The notes beneath the pieces were generated by a model, which had not been told where the DNA came from, did not search any database, and saw only the letters and a list, made by a program, of their open reading frames with translations. A stretch of 63,448 bases of DNA, counting the filler, from Octopus bimaculoides (Eukaryota): assembly GCF_001194135.2 (NCBI RefSeq). It is 6 parts of 6 records of this genome, joined end to end, with 100 filler letters (N's around TTAATTAATTAA, not from the genome) between each part and the next. Parts side by side here need not be neighbours in the genome. Positions count along the whole stretch, not along the records: positions 23,683 to 54,680 come from NC_068988.1; 5 more parts are not named here. One strand, given 5' to 3'. Position numbers and translations under genes: made by a program. Numbering within the stretch: position 1 is the first letter of the stretch; every line of letters begins with the position of its first letter. Of the stretch, positions 42,391 through 54,517 are shown in pieces.

Positions 42391-43599
42391 TATAATACAA
42401 TTTAATATCATTCAATAAAATTCGATAAATAAATATATTTTAGTCAAACAAACCGATCCCAGGACTTTTTTAAAGCCTGTTACCTATTGTATCGGATTTT
42501 TTGCTGAATCGCTAAGTTAAAGCGGTGGTGCGGCGAGAAACTCAGACACAAAGGCACAAATAATGTTATGCTAGATATGTCTTTTAATCTATAAACAAAA
42601 TAGGGGTCTAATACAAACAACACAATCTTTGATGACGTAAAGCACGAATTCTTTATATTAAATACCCAACCTGATCATGAGATACACATTATACTAAACC
42701 CTGGATTAATGCAAATTAAATAGATAGAATAATTTCAAATAGCTATTAAGACTAAATTGTAAGTTTTAATTAATAATAGTATTTATTGTTTCATATCCAT
42801 GAATTTAATAATCAATTAATATTTATAATAATAAATAATATATATTAATTGACAATCTTACTGGTAAACATAAGAGATATTAACTTTAATAGTCCCTTTG
42901 TTTTAAAATAAGTTAACATGCACACACACAAATAATTATAAGCAGAAATAATACGCGCAAATAACGTGTTATTATCATTTTTATTTTCATTTTAAAATAT
43001 TAACGCGCACAAGCATAGAAAAGTAAACGAATTTGTTTTTTCTTTCAAGCACGCGCGCGTGCACACACGCTAGTTAGTAAAATCTATAGATATAGAAATT
43101 TATAATTTATATATTGTTTTATTTATTTTTATTTGCATTTTGTTTTATTTATTCTTATTTTTATACGTATTTTATTTTATTTTATTTTGAAATATATTGA
43201 ACACCCACATACACATATAAACATATCTTCATTTATTCAGTCTGTTTTAAAATCTTAACATAACAACATGTAAACCTTTTATGTCAATTAGCCCTAATGA
43301 GATTTTACTCATATAATATTCTAAATGCAAATTTTATTTTATTTTATTTACAAATTTGTAATTAGTATTGAATAAAATTAATTGACTATATGTTAATAAA
43401 TTGATTTATATCTATATACTTTCCGTTTTCTTCTTGTTTATAATATCCTACATTTTTAATACACCCATTTATATCGATGTGATATTTATCATAGATATAG
43501 GGCAGTAAACCAGTATAACTAGGATAATTTCATCCCTATAAGAGGAACACATATCCTCGCAGTGGAATATATGTGTGTGTGTTTGTTTGTTTGTTTGTT

Positions 43600-43677
<78 letters not shown>

Positions 43678-44420
43678 TGTGTGTGCGTGTGTGCGTGTGC
43701 ATGCATGTGTATGTGTGTGCATGTTTGTGTGTGTCTGTACGTGTATACATATCTGTGTGTGTGTGTGCATACACACACACTTAGGTAGGTAACGCGTGTT
43801 TAACTATGTAATAATGTTATTACATAAAGTTATAAAGTGTGCAAACTGTCATTGATTCTTTGTCCGGTGAACTGGAATTTATACACACAATTCATTTTAA
43901 ATGTAATAGACTATACATTTAAAATGAGACCAATAGATACATTTACTACTATAATTAATTCCTCTAAATGAACAACAAATTTTCATAGACATTTCGCTAT
44001 GTGATTTCACCATGTAGAACAATATTTCTCTCAACGTTTCTCTGCATATTATAACACAGTGCAGTTAAGAGTTTTATCATTTATTTTACTTGTTTATTTA
44101 ATTTTGTAATTTTGTAATTATTTTAATGTTGCACTTGTATATACTACATCCCTATATACAATACATCCCACGAAAGACTTACCCTGTATATACATACTAT
44201 TTCTCAGAGTGACTGTATTTGAATTATCTCCTAAGGTTGAATTGTCCTATATACACTAAATAGAAATAGAATCTCTTCAGTAGTAACTTTGGAACATAAT
44301 TGGTTATGATAGTCTCCCAGAGAGTTGAAAGGTTTGGATAATTTTCAATAAAATTCTATAAAACTAGTGTTAATTCTTCATTTCATGACAAGATTAACCA
44401 TCACATGTTTATTATTCTAG

Positions 44421-44676
44421 GCTGAATCCAGACCCAACGCAGCTCGCGTAGCAATTGTTATTACAGATGGTAGATCTAGTCACCCAATACAAACCACTCA
44501 AGAAGCACTTAAGGCCAAATCTGCTGGTATTGTGATGTTAACTGTTGGAGTCGGTCATGCTATCTCCAGAGCTGAACTGAGTCAAATAGCAACGTCTGAA
44601 AGAGAGATGTTTGATGTTTCTGATTTCTCCGGTTTGCAAGGAGTCGTTGGAATACTTCGAAAACTTCTGTGTAAGA
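44421..44676 (+). CDS. Pif/BMSP-like protein exon 3 (vWA C-half)
   Basis: TTCTAG acceptor, phase 0 to 1. AESRPNAARVAIVITDGRS..GIVMLTVGVG..ELSQIATS..DFSGL..KLLCK+A|GTAAGT. Confidence 0.9.
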
Positions 44677-45173
44677 GTAAGTGTGAAAATAGGCTTTTCT
44701 TTAATTTCAAATTTGGTTTTAATTAAACATTAACGTAGAAATATAAGCGACTTTTTTATTCTGACACAAGTACATACGTTCGTGTGGAAGGGTTAGACTC
44801 CAGTGAAGCACCTTTATATGTAACAACGCATATTCAGTTTATATAGACTATAAAGTAGAGAGCCACCGACCGAATTTGAAGGCAGAACATAGAAATGTAC
44901 CTAAACACTGCATATCATTTTAATCTGGTTCTACATCTTTTCTGATAGTCCTTTTCCCCTTAGATTTCCCCTCATATTAAATAGACCGAGATGAATATCA
45001 ATTATATAGCCTCTTGTTATGTCACTGTGGTTTAATAGGAGACCTTCACTAAAGTAGCTTCTTTTCTGCAGGGTGTTCGTGTTAAATTTGACGATTTCCA
45101 TGACTCCTTTTTTCAGGAACAACTTGATATATTGATGAACAGTCAACAGCGGTGGAGAGTATAAAATGAAAAT

Positions 45174-45355
45174 TATTTTGATGTTCCTAACCAATATCGA
45201 ATTCAGAGAACAATATCGATTATTGGCCAATATACATTTATTACAATGTAACACTATACAGTTATACATGTTAAGTATCCTAACTCCTGAAACAGATAGC
45301 TTAGTTCTACGTTATACCAGGTTTCACACACAGGTATACACACACAGGTACACGC

Positions 45356-45392
<37 letters not shown>

Positions 45393-46134
45393 TGTGTGTA
45401 TACTCCCATAACAATTTTCAAGGCTTCCAAAACTTGTAAGTAATAAGGAGTGAAGTTTTTTTTTTATACCGGTAAATTGGCTCAAATATTTTCAAGGGTT
45501 GGGTGGTTTTGTTAAATCGAACAAATCTTCAATTACATTTAACATGTTCATGTACGTTCAAACGTGTAGACCTACTCTGCGGTAACTGGCTCAGAAAAGA
45601 AATTTATTTTAGAGACAATTTATGTCAAAGCATATCTAGACTATGAATGACATTGGTCTTCATGACACGTGTTTCTGCGTCCTAATTTAATAAGTTATCT
45701 GGCGTGTGCAAAGCTTGCTCACGTTACAATTGCTCACGTTACAATAAATGCAGTGTTTTCTTGATAAGGTTATTTACAAACTGGATAGTGCCTCACTTCA
45801 TCATGTATACCTCTTATATTGTTTATGAAATTACAATTTCTTGTCACTCATATTTTGATGTTCCTAACCAATATCGAATTCAGAGAACAATATCGATTAT
45901 TGGCCAATATACATTTATTACAATGTAACACTATACAGTTATACATGTTAAGTATCCTAACTCCTGAAACAGATAGCTTAGTTCTACGTTATACCAGGTT
46001 TCACACACAGGTATACACACACAGGTACACACACACGCACACACACACACACAAATGTGTGTATGTTCCCATAACAATTTTCAAGGCTTCCAAAACTTGT
46101 AAGTAATAAGGAGCGAAGTTTTTTTTTATACCGG
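45174..46134 (+). repeat. ~290-bp direct repeat pair (45174-45472, 45851-46134)
   Basis: Near-identical copies differing mainly in (CA)n length, separated by ~380 bp. Confidence 0.9.
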
Positions 46135-48364
46135 GTATTATAGAGTATTATAATTAGGGAAAAGTCAGTAATTTCAGTAATTAGCATTGAATACTGAATG
46201 CAATAATTTCAGTAATTAGCATTGAAATTGTGTACCTTATTTACTCTGACAATACACCATTTTGCCCAAATCTAAAGTCTATTTGTCTCTTTTTAGTCAT
46301 CGTTACAACAACATTAACAAGTATTACAGCAAAAACGACGAAATCCTCAGCTGCGACATCTGCGACATCTACTAAGAGAAAGGAAACATTAGTTTTAAAA
46401 TTATCTAAATCATCAGAACAAGGCAATTTACAAAGTTAGTATCAAAACAAGCATTGTCGCTTATATCGTAGAAACCAAATCGTCGTGCGAGTGCCTTAAA
46501 TGTTGAATTACTAACTTATTTGATAGATTTATGTCTTAACTTCGTAACAAATTTTTGAGTCGAAGATGACTTTTGGTGAGTTTACAAATGATTCACCAGG
46601 AACAACACATAGGAATGTTCTCCTGTAAACTTGTCTACGTGCACGAAACCCTGTTTAAACTTCTTTAATGAGCCCATAATCTTATAAATCTCACAACTTG
46701 ATAAGTAATTTCCCATCAATTATTAAATCAGTCAAATTAAGAAAATAACGAGGAAGCAATAAAATAATGAAATAAAAATTTGCCTTCTTTCAACTTGAAA
46801 TTTTAATCCTACAAAGGCACAATGATTTAGAAACGATCGTATGCGTACAGACTCCACATTTAGATAACTGTGAGCGTAGTGCAAACAAGATTTAAAACAA
46901 TAAAGAACGACATTGTTGGCAATAAAAACACGTGTTTTTATTCATTTAATCCGTTTAAGTATCTGTTTGAAGATGAAAAACCATGACAGGCAACACAAAG
47001 TATCTAGAGTACGAAACTTTGCTAGCTAGTGTTATCGTGCTGAACAACAGCTATATCGAATGTTATATTTTTGAGATTTTTGCACCCCCATGGGAGACGA
47101 AAACCATTTAAGTACAGAAAAATCGAAAAGAAAACGAAAGGATAATTAGTAGCTAAATGCTTCCATTGTCAAATCATTTCGCGGTCTCCGTGAAATGGAA
47201 GATCTTCATTATGTTTGATAGATCCTTGATAATGAACTATTCCTCCAGCCAATCTTTTGAAAAGTAATTTCAAAATGCCATCTCTCCCAGATTGAAAGTT
47301 TTCGTACTGGAACAAGTAGTGCCATTAAATTTCTGAATTGTCTCCACAAGAAAGCATAAGTGATTTCAGATTACCTGTTTGTGAGAAAAAATAGTTTGAA
47401 GGAGTATGGCGACTCATTATTTACCATCTGATACGTTTAATACTGTTAAAGCTGGTTTAAAATTTAATAGTTTACCTCGTGATTATTCTCAATATTTTTC
47501 CATCCTTCATTAATTATGATTTTACTAATAGATATAACAAGTAATAGATTTGGTATATAATGAATATCTACTGCTATTTTTTTTGCTATTATTTGTATGG
47601 CGTGGTATCCAAATGCTTGTGTGTTATTTATTTTCATTAAAAACAAAAAATTATCAATTTTTAATAGAATACTCTCAATATTTTAACACGATCTCTTTTT
47701 CTTTATTGAAATAAATCTAGTTTCAATAAACTCTCAGTTAGAAAGAACCTGTTTCCCCATGGAAATTCTATAGCAGAGTTTAAAGATGATATCGTTCCTC
47801 ACCATTCTGATTCATATATTGTTAAATCATGATATAGTCACGTGTTTATTATTGCTCTGAAAATTAGAGAAGGTCTGATAAAAATAAAGAAAATATGAGA
47901 AAGAGAAAATATGAGAGAACTATAGAGAAATATGAAAGAATGAAAGCAAAAAGAAGGAATATGAGAAACAGTGATGCATGTGTGTGTGCGCGCGCGTGTG
48001 TATTTAGAGAGAGAAAAGATAGATTAATACCCTTACTCTTTAAATATTCTTACCATATCGCGATTATATTTCTGACCAGGTTAACTGAAGTAGGTCGAGA
48101 AAAGTAAAGTACAGCTCGAGTAATGAAATATTATATCAAGACACAATAAAATATTTGTAGCTGACTTTAACTACGACTGATTTCACACAAGGCCCAATAG
48201 TCTTATCCATTGAGCAATTTCACAGCTACCAGTAGTATACGACGAGCTATGTCCGAACTATTCGGTTGATCCATTCTTGTGAAATATAACGGAAGATGAA
48301 AGTATATTAGTATTTCATAATTACCACGGGTAATAACTGTAACTGCTGAATGGGTAGAGTGTTT

Positions 48365-48532
48365 GATATAATGGGTGAATGTCAGATACAATGGATGAAG
48401 TGTCAGATATAATTGATGGAATGTCATACGTAATGGGTGGAGTGTCAGACATAATTGGTGGCGAGTAAGATGCAACGGGTGGAATGTCAGTCATAATGGG
48501 TGGAATGTCAGTCATAATGGGTGGAATGTGTT
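48365..48532. repeat. 21-bp minisatellite (ATAATGGGTGGAATGTCAGTC), about 8 units
   Basis: Directly visible. Units are more diverged toward the left. Confidence 0.85.
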
Positions 48533-49110
48533 AGACAAAATTATTTGGTCTATGTACTAATTTATTTGTTAACAATTTGTAATATCTACGCGCGTGTCTG
48601 TGCTTCTGGGGTGTGTTCGCGTGCATGAATTTATGTGTGTGTAGGAATGTTATAAATATCGGCTAGAAATATTATAAATATAATTATCGGTATTCTACGT
48701 ATGACGCTCCTTGAGACATTCATGTTGCATCGAGTTACGGACACTCCCTTTTCATTCTCACCCTCAGAAATGCAGTGAGCTAATTATCGTCTGTCTGAAA
48801 TTTGTAAATGAACTACGCGATAGAACGAAATTTCCTGCATTTGTGAATTGTTTCATTAAAAGCTGTCATGCTTTAATTACCTCTTGATGTCATTTGGCTC
48901 TCATCTCACTAAACTCGTAAAGAAATGAGTAAAAATCAGAATATTACATTTAATCCTTTATGAAATGCTCTTTGTTGACTAGCTAAAGATTAAACTAATA
49001 CTGTTCTTTCCGTTTGGTATCGTTTGGTAAATTTTATTCAATAGCCTTATCTGTTTGCATACACTTTAACAATTCAAATCAGAAAAAAATTTCGATTTTT
49101 TTTTCTACAG

Positions 49111-49302
49111 GTCTTTGCAAAGGTTGTATAATAGATAGAGGAATTGGTTACAGTTCTCACCACAATGACTGCACCAAATATGTTCAATGTTTCCGAGAAA
49201 ACGGTGAATATCGTGCCAAACTTATGTCATGCCCATTTGGAACATATTGGGATCAAAATAAAATTACTTGTTGGCACTCGCATCTTGTCAATTGTACAAC
49301 AG
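49111..49302 (+). CDS. Pif/BMSP-like protein exon 4 (CBM14/peritrophin-A chitin-binding domain)
   Basis: TTTCTACAG acceptor, phase 1 to 1. LCKGCIIDRGIGYSSHHNDCTKYVQC..MSCPFGTYWDQNKITC..VNCTT+G|GTAAGA. Confidence 0.9.
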
Positions 49303-49591
49303 GTAAGATCTGGAAAAACAGGAAGTCTAAAAATATTACTAGAAGTAGCAACAAACTTATGAGTTATCCTTTGCAATTGTCTCATTAAATTAATCATAGC
49401 CTAGAATTGGAAAGTGTGAATTCTAGAAAGCGCAATAGTCAGAATGTTGTTTATGTAGGAAAGAGTTTAGAAGATAGACAGAAGAATTGAGAAATCACCT
49501 CTAGGGAAGTTGAAGCGAAAACTATTAATGGAAGTAGTAGAACGATCAAATGCGATTGTGCAAGGAATAGGATTTGCTCACTTGATTTGTG

Positions 49592-49964
49592 TGGCAGTGT
49601 GGTAAGTTGCTTGCTTACCAACAACATGGTTCCGGGTTCAGTCCCACTGCGTGGCACCTTGGGCAAGTGTCATCTACTATAGCCTCGGGCCGACCAAAGC
49701 CTTGTGAGTGGATTTGGTAGACAGAAACTGAAAGAAGCTCGTCGTATATGTGTGTGTGTGTGTGTTCCGTGTTTGTCCCTTATCATCGCTTGACAACCGA
49801 TGTTGGTGTGTTTACGTCCTCGTAATTTAGCGGTTCGGCAAAAGAGATCGGTTGAATAAGTACTAGGCTTACAAAGAATAAGTCCTGGGGTCGATTTGTT
49901 CGACTAAAGGCAGTGCTCCAGTATGGCCGCAGTCAAATTACTAAAATAAGTAAAAGAAGAAAAG
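49592..49964 (+). mobile_element. CORE-like tRNA SINE (full)
   Basis: GGTTCAGTCCC B box, ACCTTGGGCAAGTG (CORE-like), internal (TG)n, tail GCGGTTCGGCAAAAGAGA..GGGGTCGATTTG. Confidence 0.85.
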
Positions 49965-50083
49965 NNNNNNNNNNNNNNNNNNNNNNNNNNNNNNNNNNNN
50001 NNNNNNNNNNNNNNNNNNNNNNNNNNNNNNNNNNNNNNNNNNNNNNNNNNNNNNNNNNNNNNNNNNNNNNNNNNNTTATATTA

Positions 50084-50437
50084 AGCAAACTTTCGCCCCC
50101 TCCTTTTCGGCATATTCCATACATTCATGCAATTTCACGAGTGGGATAACCACCTCTCTCATTTCCAACTGAGGCACAGTCACATTCAGCTTTCCTGCTA
50201 CCGACGCGTAGCTTCCAGTTCGTTCTTAAAAACACGAGCTTGCTGCGCAAGCTGTGTGTTCTGTAAAAACGCAACAAATCAAAAATAAATCAACAATTTT
50301 AACAACTCAGTATTAACGTACCTGGGCAGACGCCTTCAACAAAACAAATAACACATATGTTCGAGGGAATCTCAACAAAATTGATTTTTTTTATTTCCTA
50401 CAATGGGCCAAACATAGATGGCACATTACAAAACAAT
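50084..50437 (-). mobile_element. Tx1/L1 3'end-target-5'UTR junction (copy of 53767-54117)
   Basis: Near-identical direct repeat of 53767-54117. Includes the ORF1 start MYGICRKGGGES. Confidence 0.8.
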
Positions 50438-50769
50438 TCGTTTAGATATAAGGACAAAATGAAACAATTAGCCTTAGCAAACTAATTTGGGCACTAAAAG
50501 ATAGTAACAAATTATATTCGAGTACCTGGGGAAACCTTGTAGAATAGGCGATAATGGATGTGACGTTTGTGTGGAAGAAATGTACCAAATTTTTTATTTT
50601 AAATTTACTCTTATAAACGTAAGACAGGAACAGGTTCTAAGATGTCCACACTTGAGAAAACATACCCTTAAATCAACACAACTCACCATCTATAGTAATT
50701 ATGCTAGTTACAATAATGATTATAATAATTAATGGTATTTATACTACTACTAATAATAATGGTTTCAAA

Positions 50770-50975
50770 TGTTGACACAAGGCTACCAATTTCGGGGGAG
50801 GGAAAAAGTTGATTACATCGACCCCAATACTCAACTGGTCCTTATTTTATCGACCTAGAGAGGATAAAAGGCAAAGTCAACCTCGGTGGAATTTGAACTC
50901 AGAACGCCAAGACGGACGAAAAGCCGTTAAGCATTTTGCTCGGCCTCCAAACGATTCTGCCAGCTCACCGCCTTA
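50770..50975 (-). mobile_element. tRNA-derived SINE (full)
   Basis: Same family as 6322-6525. Confidence 0.85.
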
Positions 50976-51243
50976 CCACTCCTACTACTTACAATAATAA
51001 CAATAGTATTAATGAGGGTATAAAACCCGAAATAAGTAAAAAAAAAACCTCTGAATAAATAATGTACTCCATACAGCAACATGTAAACAAAACTGCTACA
51101 ATTAATTGAAATCCGAATAAACATTTTAAAACCACGTTTCGACTGTAATACCTGCGAAGGTGATTATAAGACCAGCATTCCTACCTTCAACCAATGCAGG
51201 ACGCTTCTTTGAATCAGTTCACTTTGAAAATCTCGTGAGTGAT

Positions 51244-51329
51244 TGAACCTTGATGAAATTGTAACGACTAGATGCATAATTGCTTACAAAGCAATGTGCA
51301 GTCGCTGCAGTCGAAACGTATGTCGGTCA
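51244..51329 (+). ncRNA. Type I hammerhead ribozyme motif with long stem II
   Basis: TGAACC-TTGATGA-AATTGTAACGACT..AGTCGCTGCAGTC-GAAAC-GTAT-GTC-GGTCA: canonical GUC site. The stem II deviations are all transitions. Confidence 0.6.
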
Positions 51330-52286
51330 GCTGTATATGCTGTAGAAAACTTTTAAATGCACAAGTTTTGGGACGTGAACAAATCTCCACTCTCCTTTTC
51401 GTTATCAACGTTATTTGCAGTTCTGAATAGGAACACGGAATTATCCTATGAGTGAAGTTTACCAGTATCAGTATCTCTTTCTAGCCTTGAGTACTATATA
51501 ATAGACCGTTGTGGATAGCCGGCATTTTAACCAATTTGAGTGATAATACTGTATTCGCCAGGATAACTTATCCCTTTTATACTCTCTCTCTCTATCGTGA
51601 ATATATATANNNNNNNNNNNNNNNNNNNNNNNNNNNNNNNNNNNNNNNNNNNNNNNNNNNNNNNNNNNNNNNNNNNNNNNNNNNNNNNNNNNNNNNNNNN
51701 NNNNNNNNNNNNNNNNNNNNNNNNNNNNNNNNNNNNNNNNNNNNNNNNNNNNNNNNNNNNNNNNNNNNNNNNNNNNNNNNNNNNNNNNNNNNNNNNNNNN
51801 NNNNNNNNNNNNNNNNNNNNNNNNNNNNNNNNNNNNNNNNNNNNNNNNNNNNNNNNNNNNNNNNNNNNNNNNNNNNNNNNNNNNNNNNNNNNNNNNNNNT
51901 ATAAACATTATCAGAGAACAAACATCAAATTCGAGCCAACGACTTTATATATAACACCACACCTCCAAACATTTGATCATATATAATTACCATGGCCCTT
52001 AAAATTATAAAATATACATATATAAAAAACACAAAAGGTAAAAAATGTATATGCAAATAAAGATACAGATATATAGAACGGCTTATCAAGAAGGTATATA
52101 CAATGGACTAAAAATTCTAAAGCGTGTCATGCGACTAAAAAAATCTAAATAAAGTAAAATATCAATCAACTAAAAAATAATTCTTACTTCCCTCAAAGAA
52201 AAAAGTATGCCAAAAGAGTTCATTTCATAAAAACCATGGTAGGCTGGAGTCCAGGAGCAAAAAGAGTTCCACAAAATCAAGTCAAA

Positions 52287-52375
52287 CACATCTATGACCA
52301 TTTTGGGAGTTCATCAGTGCGGTGCGATTACGAGTGTAAGTGCATCTCGGCAATGACCCCCTCATCAGAATGAAT
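52287..52375 (-). ncRNA. Type I hammerhead motif (family shared with 54454-54517)
   Basis: Minus strand ATTCATT-CTGATGA-GGGGG..CTCCC-AAAA(G12A)-TGGTC-ATA-GATGTG. Confidence 0.6.
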
Positions 52376-52394
52376 AGGAATTTCAACAAACTGA

Positions 52395-54044
52395 ATTTTT
52401 TATTTGGCACGAGGCCTGAAACACAGAGGGGACGGCACAAGGACAGACAAAGACAGTACACGTGGGGACAAAACATAAAACGATGAATGAAAATGAATAT
52501 ATGTACAAATAAGGATGGACGTTCTTGTTTGAGCTCCACCCTCAAGCAATCGCATTTTTACTGTTCATTTCAGTTCATTATCTGCTATATTATCGAAGCA
52601 AATCTTAATAGTCAATAAAATAAGGACCTAAATCCTCATTTTATCTCCGGGGGCAGGGTTTAAAGCCTCACCCTCTCTCCTACCAGATACAATTCGGTTT
52701 TGTAGTATTTTTGTACCTCTCTCCTACCAGATATAATTCAGTTTTGTAGTATTTTTGTAATGTTTCAAATTTTGAAATACATTTTCTTTCAGGTGGGTGC
52801 AATTTGGAAAGCTTCACCCTAGTGATGTTTTGAAATTTATTAATAGTTTTTCAATGGGTTTATTAGTTATATAAATCACTAAATGACTAGTTTGCAATTT
52901 CGGGATTTGAATGTCTGTAGGTGTCTGTTTGCAGGGAGGTTCTGCGCTGTTTTTTTTCTTTTTCGGGGGATGCTCGCAGTGGTGTGTGCTGAGTGGGTGT
53001 GTTATTTTCTGTAGTTGTTTCTATTTGGTGTGTATTGCTCTTTTTTTCTTGAACATTTAGAAGAGGAGTTATTTCTTTCTCTCTTTCTAGTAATGTGAAT
53101 GTAATCCTCTTCGTCTTGGTTTCCTTCTGCTGCCTTTGCTGTACTCTCGGGCTCAGACAGGATTTCTGCTTTTTTCTCCGGTTCTTTTTCGCTTTGGGGG
53201 CATTTCTTTTCGATGTGCCCCTTCTGGCCACAGCCATAGCAGGTGGGAGGTCTCCCGTCCACTGTTACAGTCAGATTTCTTTTGTCGGGTAATTCTATCA
53301 CTTCTGGGGTTTCAATTAAGTCAGCTTGGGTGTCCTGAACAATTAATTCAAGGCCATAGCCCCTTCAATTCGGCTGCTGTGTCTTGGTTGCCTGTACGAT
53401 TAATGGCTCTTCTTCAGTACCTGAGAGGACGGCTGCCGCTATATACTCCTCTCTCATTTCCGGCGGAATCCTACCAATCCTAGAGACTCTTTACCCCAGG
53501 TAGGTTGGCAGGAGCAGCCATTCTTCGGTTCTTACTGGTACAGTGGAGTGCTTTTCTGCCACCTCAACGGAGGCAAATCTTACCTCCACTGTACCGTATT
53601 TCCTTCCTCGAGAGTAGTATGAAATGTCTTCTCTAATGTTACCCAAACACTTCTCAATGGCCTCTTCCGGAGTCATTTCTATTTTCTTTCCAGGCAGGTA
53701 TAAGGTCCTGTAAATGATAGATTTTTCTTGGCATCTGCGATTTAATTTTCCGAAAGGGTCAACTTTACTTTCGCCCCCTCCTTTTCGGCATATTCCATAC
53801 ATTCATGCAATTTCTCGAGTGGGATAACCAGCTCTCTCATTTCCAACTGAGGCACAGTCACATTCAGCTTTCCTGCTACCGACACGTAGCTTCCAGTTCG
53901 TTCTTAAAAACACGAGCTTGCTGCGCAAGTTGTGTGTTCTGTAAAAACGGCGACAAATCAAAAATAAATCAACAATTTTAACAACTCAGTATTAACGTAC
54001 CTGGGCAGACGCCTTCAACAAAGCAAATAACACATATGTTCGAG
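52395..54044 (-). mobile_element. Tx1/L1-type element with degenerate ORF1 (CCHC zinc knuckle), no ORF2, between ~18-bp direct repeats
   Basis: ORF1 pieces YRTLYLPG..RGRKYGTVEVRF..RIGRIPPEM..TVDGRPPTCYGCGQKGHIEKKCP. Flanked by GGAATTTCAACAAACTGA (52377-52394) and GGAATCTCAACAAAATTGA (54045-54063). Confidence 0.75.
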
Positions 54045-54453
54045 GGAATCTCAACAAAATTGATTTTTTTTATTTCCTACAATGGGCCAAACATAGATGG
54101 CACATTACAAAACAATACAGGACACATAATCGAGGAAATAAAAATAAAGAAAAAATCGAAAAATATTGTAAAATATGAACATTTAAAAATGAAGATGTGA
54201 ACTTTTAAAAGGGGGGAAAAACTGTTAAAAAAATAACGTCTAAATGTAAACACTCGACTTCGGGGATCGTGTGAGCATTGCGTCTCATTTTATCATTTTC
54301 ATATTTTCATTCGTTCTTTTTATTATTTTCTTCTTCACTCGATTTCTTTCTGTATTTCTATTTCCCCGATTATATGTCCTGTATTGTTTTGTAATGTCCC
54401 ATCTATGTTTGGCTCCTTGTGGGTAATAAAGAAAATCAATTTGTTGATATTCC

Positions 54454-54517
54454 TATTCATCTTGATGAGGGGGACATTGCCGAGATGCGATGAACTCCCG
54501 AAATGGCCATAGAAGTG
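54454..54517 (+). ncRNA. Type I hammerhead motif (second copy)
   Basis: TATTCATC-TTGATGA-GGGGG..CTCCC-GAAA-TGGCC-ATA-GAAGTG, with palindromic stem III ATGGCCAT. 54430-54590 is homologous, in inverse orientation, to 52215-52400. Confidence 0.6.

Larger units (their letters stand above)
41176..43442. repeat. Inverted repeat pair (~360-bp arms 41176-41532 and 43077-43442)
   Basis: e.g. TGACATAAAAGGTTTACATG..TTTTAAAACAGACTGAATAAA is the reverse complement of TTTATTCAGTCTGTTTTAAAA..CATGTAAACCTTTTATGTCA. Confidence 0.85.

Noticed and set aside
52793-52833. Terminal exon of the Pif-like gene (GGCNLESFTLVMF*)
   Set aside because: The acceptor is plausible but the peptide is uninformative and lies inside the Tx1-like interval.
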